A stretch of DNA of 64,000 nucleotides from Laetmonice hystrix (lineage: Eukaryota), in NCBI GenBank assembly GCA_965235115.1, contig OZ249441.1, positions 7,998,001 to 8,062,000 of the forward strand, in the 5' to 3' direction. The first letter of the stretch is position 1, and each line of letters begins with the position of its first letter. A model generated the notes under the pieces. The model made no database searches. It was not told the origin of the DNA and saw only the letters and a list, made by a program, of their open reading frames with translations. Both the position numbers and the translations under genes were made by a program. Positions 1 to 11,400 of this stretch are shown one piece after another.

Positions 1-2463
1 ATCGGGGCCTCCTAATACCATGTACTAGGGACGACCGCGCTTTGTCAATAACATCCAAAGCTTGGACGTGCCATTCACATGATCAGACGTGGGAATACAT
101 GTCAGGACTGGAAGTCGTTTGATCCAGGATTTCTCTGCCATCAGGTGGTTGACGGATGAACATGGATCTCTCACATAAAAAGGTAATCCATGCTTTATCA
201 CGACTCGCCCATATCTACGGCGATACACCACGCTGGGACACATGATTCGGAAGAGCTGGTTGAATTCGTTCTGCTTCGTTGTCACTTTCAAAGTTTGTCA
301 TATTTCTTTTTGAGTAAAGTGTCGTCCCGGACAATCACATACATGTCCGTTCCTTTTCCGTCTCTCTGTATATGCATGTATACATATACATGTAATATGT
401 AAGTGACACCCCGCAATTGGTATTTCCATTGTCTCGGAGTAAGGAGTAAGGATTGTTCTGTAGACCTCCACAAAACAAAACGTAAGAGGTTTGAACTGCG
501 CCAAGGACTGTGACAGTGGTGGGGTACATTTTGTGTAACAGTCGGTCCATTAGTACACTGCTACAATATCTTCGTTCACTTCGGGTATGACGACATTTCG
601 TATAACGGGTGGAGAGAATCGTCGCTCTATTTCAACAGAGTTGGATCTAACCCAACCAGAGAGAAGCGAATTCAGGGAACTCGGTTCATGGACAAAAATT
701 AATCGGATTTGGATTTGGAATGGGCTTTTACGCCTCCGGAACTGCCAAGGTCCTCTCGAGGCGGCCAGTGTGCCGCACGGCGGCCTCATGTAGACTACCC
801 TAGAAACATAGGCCTGTACTTTATGTTTTAAAGTTACCTATATCTCCTCATGGTTATACCATTACAATCTTGGCGAATTTTGCCGAGTAAGTATTGCCTC
901 TTCCTTGAAATGTTACACGTGTCGTGATTGGTTTCTGAACCATATTTTGTAAGAGGCGACAACAGGCACATCGTTAAGTATTCAACACTGTCCCTCCTAG
1001 CAATCCACATACCACCGGAACACAGTGCAAGACCTTTTGATCTCACTCTCCATTCCGTTTCGCCGGATACTGTGAATGGCACCGCCTCTCCCCAGTTTAT
1101 AGTCCAGGAAAGTGGGCACTGCCACCCGGCCTTCTCAAATAGTGTGGAGGAGTCCGAGCAGCTCTCAACCACACATCGTATTGAACATCCGGGATACTGT
1201 GACTTTGTAATGACTGGCTGTGGTCTCCAGACCAGGCCACCCACCGTGATCCAAGCCTACACAACCAGTTTGTATTTGCTTGGACCCGACAGTCGGTACA
1301 AGTCACTCTGATGGCCAACCACAAAGTAATGTCAGTCGTGGAATGGCAGGACACCTCTTAAAGGCGAGGTTCCGCGATGTGGAATCAACAAAATCCGTTA
1401 CATTCTTGCGGGCCCTTCCGGGGCGACGCACTTCTGGAGTTTTTTGAGGTTCTGCCTGTTCCGTCTGGTCAAAATAGAAACAGAATAGTTTTGCTCGGGG
1501 GAGGGCTAGCTGTCCTCAGCAGCAAGGGTTGGGGTACATGTACATTGTTTACAGTAGGATCACCAGTACTGCGAATGGATGGGACACCACGTCGATGTGC
1601 AGATGGTACATCAATGCAAATCTTCTAGCACCAGACAGGGGAACCATTAAAATCCTTATGCAGTCAAGAACAAGGCCGCCCATAGGAGTGGCTACAGTCT
1701 GGCACGATCCCTTCCCCAGTTACACCGTTCTTGAGTCATGACGTTTGAATGCCAGTGTCTGCTACCTGACTCTGTCATTCCTGATTTAATTTTATCTTCT
1801 TTTTTTGCCGGACGGCCAAATGTTTTTCGGTCTGTTACTCCGACAACTCGGAAACCGAGAAGGCAATACCTGCCCTGGCAGAAGTCACGGGCTGTGGGTA
1901 ACGGGGCATAAATACCACAAAGTACTACCATAAAGTAGTTCCTCATGCCTCGAGTGCAGGTGTCACATAGAGTAGCTCCATCAGAGTCACTGCGATACAG
2001 TCGGTGATGCCATAAATATTATTACATATGGCAATGGGTGCATTACTCTGAATTGTCGCATTTGACTGTTCACAGGGAGAGAATGAGCTGTTTGATGCAT
2101 GTTGTTCACAGGTCGAGAATGGGCTGTTTGATGCCATAGAGTTTTCAATCAGACGCAATCGTCTGCGATTTGCTGTCTGCTAATATCACGCGTGGAATGT
2201 CTAATACAGCCAGCCTGTAAACAAAGTGACCAATATCATCCCATGTCCCTCACAAACTGGGCTAAGTTCGGTAACGTGGTGTATGAACCACCGTACTGCA
2301 TGGAACAAACACCCTAGGCTCCGAGTGACAAGGCATTCTCCCAACTCAACCTTTGTCAGGGCCTTGACGTTGGAGTCCGGCGATCCTTAGCTTAGAAATA
2401 GAGCTAAACAAATTAACTGACCAGCTAAACCTAACTTCCTCATTAATCTCTTTCACATTTCAG

Positions 2464-5400
2464 ATGGCTGCGTGCACTAAAGAAGAGCAGTGGTACTACT
2501 ATGTAAGCGTGGGATTGATAACGTTTTTCGGTGGGCTGATTCTGTTGTTGCCGTGCCGTGTTATCTGGTACCTCTGCTGTAAGGAGCACGACGATGACCT
2601 CCAACCGGACGAGTACCACACCCGGAAGAGGACGGCGATGCGCAGTTGTTTCTCGCGCAGCCGAGCTGCTGCTGTCGCTATCATTTCCGGTCATAGTCCA
2701 GCGAGCAAGTTTATGGTAGGGATCTTTTTCCGGTCATGATGTAGGGATCTATGTGAATCTTATCAGATGTGAATCTTATGTGAATCTTATCTTCTTAACA
2801 GATCTGTACCACACTTTTTATACCTTATTCTAGTTTCATAAAGAATAAAAGATGGCGATGGATGCCTTCTCGGTACAATACCACAACTGTCACTCACTTA
2901 GGTGTTATACAATTCTCTCTGACAACATTTTGAGATAATAAAATAAAGGCAGTGTATATTTAGCCGGCATTTGGCGGGGTCATGTGACCATTAAAGCGAC
3001 GGTTTCGTCCTTCAGCATTGTGCGATAGGCGCCGGGCGATAGGCGATAGACTGTCGCTTTAATCTTCAAAATAAAACTAACCCTACAGGCTTGACCCGAA
3101 CCCTAACCCAAATAATTTAGATTCGATAATTAGTCAAACTAGGATAATCTTATTTAGCCGTTGCCGGCTAAATATACACTTTCTAAACGGCAACAAATTC
3201 ACGCCTAATGAGTGTGTTACATGCTGATGGTTTCATGTATACTAATACATGTTAGACCCCCATACTTATACTATGTTCTATGTCCGACTCCAGTTCACAC
3301 ATAACTATCGGATTCCAGGTGGTCATTGTTTTCCTCCTCAATATGACGGCTATCGGGGTCTATCTTATAGAAGTGTCGGAGTGAGTATACGATTTATTAT
3401 CCTACCTAGTTTTACCTTTGACATTATACGCCCACCCCCATTGGTCAAACCCAGGAGGGGGAGGGGCGTTACCCCTGACTGCCCTGTTGCACTGCTTGTT
3501 ACCGGTGTCCATGGGTGTGGACCTGTTACCAGTGTCACTGAGTGTGGCTAATAATAGTAGGCCTATACTGTAAATAATATTTGATGGCATTGTCTGCAGG
3601 TACACGGTGGATGACTGCGGTACCGTGAGAGACAACAATATACAACTTGTCTACATGTCCCTCTGTGCTCTATTCGCCATCCATTATGGAATCAGGGTAA
3701 GTGTATCCAAGAAAGTTAGCGAACTCTCATTCCTCCAGGCATTCTCAAGGAAATAACTACTGAACTCCAAGCCCAAGTCTCCTCCTAAAGTACCGTCCCT
3801 CAAGAGACAGCTTTCAACCAATCCAGCTACCCACCATTGACTTGTTGCATTATTTGTATTAACCATTGGATATATATCACACAGAACTAAAATTATCAGA
3901 ACAGATTATCTCCTAAACGTTTCAGTTTGTCGCGGCCACTGATAAGACGTACTTCTGGTTAGACGTCTACTCCATTGTGGATCATATGACGATTGGTCCT
4001 ACTTTCATGTCCCTGTATACGGACAGAAACTGGCTGGGTAAGTGTCCACCCACAGTCAGAACTTTATATTGGTCCCACTTTAGTGTCCCTGTATACGGAC
4101 AGAAACTGGCTGGGTAAGTGTTCACCCACAGTCAGAACTTTATATTGGTCCCACTTTAGTGTCCCTGTATACGGACAGAAACTGGCTGGGTAAGTGTTCA
4201 TCCCACAGTCAGAACTTTATATTGGTCCCACTTTGGTGTCCCTGTATACGGACAGAAACTGGCTGGGTAAGTGTTCATCCCACAGTCAGAACTTTATATT
4301 GGTCCCACTTTGGTGTCCCTGTATACGGACAGAAACTGGCTGGGTCTACCCACAGTCAGAACTTTATATTGGTCCCACTTTGGTGTCCCTGTATTCTTAC
4401 AGAAACTGGCTGGGTAAGTGTCCATCCCACAGTCAGAACTTTATATTGGTCCCACTTTGGTGTCCCTGTATACGGACAGAAACTGGCTGGGTAAGTGTCC
4501 ACCCACAGTCAGAACTTTATATTGGTCCCACTTTGGTGTCCCTGTATACGGACAGAAACTGGCTGGGTAAGTGTCCATCCCACAGTCAGAACTTTATATT
4601 GGTCCCACTTTAGTGTCCCTGTATACGGACAGAAACTGGATGGGTAAGTGTTCACCCACAGTCAGAACTTTATATTGGTCCCACTTTGGTGTCCCTGTAT
4701 ACAGGCAGAAACTGGCTGGGTAAGTGTCCACCCGCAGTCAGAACTTTATATTGGTCCCACTTTGGTGTCCCTGTATACGGACAGAAACTGGCTGGGTAAG
4801 TGTTCATCCCACAGTCAGAACTTTATATTGGTCCCACTTTGGTGTCCCTGTATACGAACAGAAACTGGCTGGGTAAGTGTCCACCCACAGTCAGAACTTT
4901 ATATTGGTCCCACTTTGATGTCCCTGTATACGGACAGAAACTGGCTGGGTAAGTGTCCATCCCCACAGTCAGAACTTTATATTGGTCCCACTTTGGTGTC
5001 CCTGTATACGGACAGAAACTGGCTGGGTAAGTCAGAACTTTATATTGGTCCCACTTTAGTGTCCCTGTATACGGACAGAAACTGGCTGGGTAAGTCAGAA
5101 CTTTATATTGGTCCCACTTTAGTGTCCCTGTATACGGACAGAAACTGGCTGGGTAAGTCAGAACTTTATATTGGTCCCACTTTAGTGTCCCTGTATACGG
5201 ACAGAAACTGGCAGTTCACCCCACAGTTAGAACCGTGTGTAGGTAAATAATACGTGTGTATCGGCGTACGTATATAATGTATGTAGCCTACAGGCCTTGA
5301 ATGTTGAATGGTAAGGCATTCAGACATGTTTGCGTGCCCCGTCCTACCTATAACTCTCTACCTATTGATATAAATACATGTATAAAACACACGTTCATGT

Positions 5401-8400
5401 TTACATAGATATAATATTAAAGTACATGTGTTTAATTATTACCGGCAGGTCTGAAGTTCCTCAGGCTCCTCTACCTCCTCCAGCTACCGGAGATCCTCCA
5501 GTTGGTACACATCATCAAGTCCTCCTCCAGGATCCGTCTTACCCAGATTGCCTCCATCTTCCTGGCCATCTGGATGTGTTCGGCTGGATTCGTTCACATA
5601 GTATGTATCTCCTTCCATCATCAGTATCCGATCATTATCAATGACCTTGACACAATTAATAAGACCCAAACCCGTCGTCCAGTTCCACTATTTATGTTTA
5701 TACCTAGCATGGCTCTGTTTATACCTAACATTCCTTTTTAACATTATCAAACACTTTTCTTTGGGGGACCATAAGCGCACTGAGAATTCGAGGTCGAGTA
5801 CCTCGGACCTATTCGGAGTACGGAATCGGCGTGGCTGAGTATGATTACAAATGCTCTGGGTTAACCAGACCCATTTTTTAACAGCCTATATATAGCCCTG
5901 CAATGCTCTGCGAGGTCTGAAGATGTTAAACAAATATTTGACAGTTCTTCTAAAACTGCACATATCAGCGTGCACTAATATTGTGTTTATCTTTCTCCAC
6001 CTCTCTCTGTCGCTGTGTGTGTCTCCCTTCGCCTCTCTTTCTCTCTCTCTCTCTCTCTCTCAATCGCTGTCTCGATCTCTCCTGAAACCACGACGGATTC
6101 CTGAGGATTCTGTCATGCGGTATGTTCCTAATGTAGTGCGAGAACAACGGTGACCCGTTCACAGATGACCCAGCCACCTCCCAGGAGCTCACCTACTGGA
6201 GGTGTATCTACTGGCTACTCATCACCATGTCAACTGTTGGCTTCGGTGACATCTCCCCCAACTCCGACTGCGGCCGCTTCTTCATCATTCTCTTCATTAT
6301 GGGAACCTTTGTAAGTACTTCACACAAGACCATCCATTGGTATTGACTTTGTCATAATTCCTCTTTTGCAGAGTGAAAATAACGGAGATCCATTTCACAA
6401 CTATGAAAACGCTCAACCTCTTGGCTACTGGGAAGCCATCTATTGGCTTCTGGTTACCATGTCGACGGTGGGGTTCGGGGAAATCACGCCCACCACGGAC
6501 GTCGGACGGGCGTTTATAATCATTTTCATCATGGGTACATTTGTGAGTTGTTTTAAGAATTTTGGGTGTGGTCGAGGAGCTGTTCTCACACAGCTGGGCA
6601 GCTAACCAAACGTCTTCATGTAGGCCTATTAATTCAAACTCGTAGCGGTCGTTAGCGGGTCACGGTAGTGGTCACCGTAGTGTGTAGAACCGCACTTGTC
6701 TGTCGTTAAGTGTGGTCAATTCACGTGTAGCTGTTTCCCTGCACTTGGCGGGAATTTTAGGTACACTGTATACGAAACGGAGGTTGCTGGGCACAAGGTT
6801 CCAGTATCTTCGCATCAACTGACACATTGAAACTTGACAGCAATTAAGTCTATCTGTAGTAGCCTATGACTGTTAGCAAGGACGTATATATGTAGTATGA
6901 CTGTTAGACTGACTGCGACTTGCTGTAATGTAGCCTATATTCCCACGTGCTGATTCCATCGCGTGGGACTAGCCGTAAAACGAAGTGACCCTAGGGTCCT
7001 GTTTCAGGATGAGCCTGGCGAGGACTTGGAAGTTACTTATGTTAAACAACACTTCTGCAATGATTCAAGCTGTTATCTTTTTGCTCAAGTGACGCCAAGA
7101 AACCGTGGTGTCCGCCAAAATGATATTGACACAGGGTATACACGTTCCTCCTGAAAGTGCTAAAAACGCGCGAAATCCAGGCGCGAATACGCTTAGTTAA
7201 TAATGGATTTACGCGGCGGCAGTTGTCGTTTAAAAATACAATGTATAGCCGTCCTTGATTCAATTCATGTGTCTGACAGTACACAAGGATACACAGACGG
7301 GTGCCTGGAGGCCGCGAATTTATTTTTCCCAAACAGGTTTGCCATTTACTAACTCTAAACCTCTTTGACAAATTTGGAGGGGAAAAACAACTAGATGTCG
7401 TCGACCAATCATGCGAGGTTATTGACGCCCTGAAGCGTCATGGCAAACCTGTTTGGGGAAACAATTCGCTGCCCGCGCGAGACCTCCGTCACTGTGCGCA
7501 GACATTTCCGTTTTGTCAACCAATGGGAGCACGGGACTGCGTCCCGATCGAGAACATCGTTATGTTACTTTCCAAAACATGTCGGGGAACTGGAACTAGG
7601 CCTGTGCTGACTGGCTCTCCTGTCATGCGTACTGGGAGTAAGAAGATACCATCATAAGCGTTTGTCTAACCTAATTGTGTGACCGCATAAAACGTCGGCA
7701 AGACTTTTACCGGCACCACAGGGGTTACACCTGACATTTTTCCGTTCAGATAATATTTGCCCAAATTATCCGACACAACCCCAATCTTACTGGCAGAATT
7801 CGCCTGGCTTACTTACCGATCGGTCCTTCCGTGGGGCCCTTGTATCCCTAGTGGTTCACTCATTGAAAGCCAAAGCCCCGATCCTCGACCGCTTGTATAG
7901 GCCGGGGTTTACACTGTTAACAGCACAGCTGACTATTTGTGAACTTGGTTGTGAGGTTTATAACTTGCATGCAGCTTTGGTGTCATGAAGTGTTACTTGT
8001 GCTATGTTCTGTCCAATATCGGTGTTTTGTTGATTGCTAGGTGTGGGGTTCTATGTCTTTACTTATCAAGAAATGTGCATGTATTACTCCAAATAAATGT
8101 AGTGTTCTAATTTACTGACGCCAGTGGTGGATCTAGGGGTTTATGGGGGTTAACCCCCCCCCTCTGCCACCAGTTTTCCCCCTATTTTTTCTTGTAAAAC
8201 CCTTTGGAACTAGATTTTATTTTATTTTATCATAGAGATTTCTTAGTTGACCAGATTGAGAGGATTTCTGCCTTGAAACCCTTGAAAAATCCTGGATCCG
8301 CCACTGTTAGTGTTTTCATCCTTACTGGTCTTTACAACGCTGTATCAATCTGAAGGAAAGGTTCACAGCCTTTTCTCCATCCGTATTTCAGGTTGGATAA

Positions 8401-11400
8401 AGTCTTTTCCAATACTAAGTCTTCATTTGCCGGATGCAAGGACGTAGTTAATCTCGGGATTAACCCAATCCGTGGATTTACGCAGATTCCCAGTTGCCAG
8501 AAAGTCAGGATTTTCTAGCCTTTTCTCATTCGTGGAGACTGCGCCTTATTTCGCTGGCCAAGCACAATAGAATTCAGTTAAACATGACTCAAACGTATTC
8601 AACCTTTCATCTATAGGCTAGATAGTAAGTTAAGTCATTCTTGGGATTATCCTCACAAAATGTTCTTGCATCCGGCCACATGTGGTTAAGAAGACAAACA
8701 TTTATACATTATTGAAGTGACTGAAGTATTGAGAGACAACTTGAGATCACTGTACCCGGTGTGAATATTATTGGTGATAGTTTGAATATTATTGGTGATA
8801 GTTTGAATATTATTGGTGATAGTTGGATATTATTGGTGATAATTTGAATATTATTGGTGATAGTTTGAATATTATTGGTGATAGTTTGAATATTATTGGT
8901 GATAGTTTGAATATTATTGGTGATAGTTGGATATTATTGGTGATAGTTTGAATATTATTGGTGATAGTTTGAACCATTGTTGTATACAGGCCATGTTTAC
9001 AAGTCTCATCCCCGAGCTGGCACGCCATCTCGGACACAGCACCAAGTATCACAAACCATACAAACGGGTCTACGGGAAGAGGTACCGTATAGACATGTAA
9101 CTCTGGTTTTGTCGGCCAGCCACTATTTACGACCCCCATCTACTCGTACCCTCCCCCCTTGATTCTGTATGGCCGACCGTATATCACCGTCTGACTGTGA
9201 CATAAGCCATGATTTAACATCCTGTCTCGACTCGAGCACAACTATAACCTAATATAGGACCATCATTCTGATTGTCTGGCCGTATTCAATACAGAACAGT
9301 TGCTATAGGCCTAACTTGATTTTAACTTGAATAGGCAACCCTTGTAGACGGCCCAATGTAAAGACACAATTCGCCCTGCTTGTTTCATTAACCTGTTTCC
9401 TTACCTATCTGACCAGACATATTATCGTTTGCGGACATATAACCTACGAATCGGTCTCCAATTTCATCCGCAATTTTATTCACGAGGACGCGGCCATTAC
9501 AAACGTTAATGTCGTCTTTGTGGACAAGTAAGTATATATGGTCCCGGCGTCATGCTGGTTCTCTTGACTCCACATGCTTACCACAGGCCATGAAATCATA
9601 TCATATGGCCATGAAATCATGTGTCATATTCCGGAATGAGACTCTGACTTGCTGTGCCCTTTGATCCAGACGATCTGGTCCCAGTATGTCGAAAATTCTC
9701 AACTTGAGTAAAGCTTAATTAAGTATACGTTACTCAAGTTGATAATTTTCGAGATACACATGTACTAGACACTGGTGTTTCACGCGCCTTACGTTTTTTC
9801 CGGTCGTGGAGAGAGGCCTCCATTATAGTGGTCATTATCTGAGCTCGGTTAACCCACCTGAAACAAAAAGCTGGGCCGAGCATAACGGATGTCTGATGGC
9901 AGAATTTTGAAATTTGGAAACTGGTGCCAGACCAAAATTATACTAGAGCCAAAGATGTTCGGTGTTCACCATTTGCACTTTTAATGACTCCGTTAGTTCT
10001 TTTGCATATGTGCACGTGTGTGCCCTACTACCAAAGATGAAAAGTTAATTGTGCATTTGCATTTGCATTTGATGCCATCTAGAGTCGTATCAAGGCAGTT
10101 TTACTCAAATGGTTGAATATTGAAATAAAGGCAATCTGGAATCTGTATTGTTGATGACATTATAACAACGTGTGGTGATCATCCTGACTGACGATTGGTA
10201 GGATTACATAGGATTTCATTTTTCATCTTGTCGCTGATGTAGTGAACTACTATTCTATATTATGATGTTATGTACAACATCCACCTGTAACACTTCCAGT
10301 ATAAAAACAAAATACGCGGTCTGTTAACTGGGAGATATGAGCAAAAAAAATTCTTGATGGACAATGTTTTATGGAATACTTCAGTCGAAAACCAGAGCTT
10401 GAATTGGAAGCTTTCTTTAAGCGTCACATGAACGATGTGACGTTTCTACAGGGAAGTGTTATGGATGTCACAACGTTGAAGAATGTCAAGGTGGGTGAAT
10501 ATTTAACCTGATCTCATATATCAAAGTTGTCCTTCTTGGGACACTTTTGATCGTTTAGCTCCCAATAACGGACTGCAAGTCATCATCGGTGGTTGTATTA
10601 TCAGGCCTTTTAGGAGGAAATAGTACTCCAGCGCTTTGGTAGATTTACGCGAGATGTTTAAAAATGCGACGGAGATCGCACTTTAGAGCAGAAAGTATTA
10701 TGACTTGTTGACTTGTAATGTTTGGTGAAGCAGGATTGTGACGTTATGCGTCCGTCGGTATGTTTTAGCTGCGGTACTGCGACGCGTGCCTCATCCTTGC
10801 CAACCGTTACTGTGACGACCCTGACGAGCAGGACTCGGCCAACATCATGAGGGCCACTTCCGTCAAGAATTACTACCCGCGGGTTCGGGTCATTATACAA
10901 CTCTTACAGCATCATAACAAGGTCAGTACGCAACCGTCGGTACTGACCCGCACAGAACGGGAACACTCGGGTAAAAAGGGGTTGGAGCTTGGTGAGTCGA
11001 TCAGTCTTGTTTAGATTGATTAATCAACTTTTATTATATCAGCTTGTCCGGCAAAAGTAAAGTTGGAATCCATGTACTGAACATATCGCAGACAACTTTA
11101 ATATCAAACGTTGTATTTCTCCAGGGACAGGCCTACCTCCTTCACAAACGTTGTATTTCCCCAGAGATAGGCCTACCTCCTTTACAAACGCTGTATTTCC
11201 CCAGGGATAGGCCTACCTCCTTCACAAACGTTGTATTTCCCCCGGGATAGGCCTACCTCCTTCACAAACGTATTTCCCCCGGGATAGGCCTACCTCCTTC
11301 ACAAACGTATTTCCCCAGGGATAGGCCTACCTCCTTCACAAACGTATTTCCCCCGGGATAGGCCTACCTCCTTCACAAACGTTGTATTTCCCCAGAGATA

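Noticed and set aside
1-2200. Cluster of short ORFs on both strands, possibly a decayed retroelement or an upstream gene
   Set aside because: I found no recognisable RT, endonuclease, integrase, transposase or cadherin motif on manual translation. A translated search against Dfam/Repbase and nr would decide.
4038-5212. CRISPR-like appearance of the regular arrays
   Set aside because: Units are head-to-tail with no unique spacers, there are no cas genes, and the context is a spliced animal gene.
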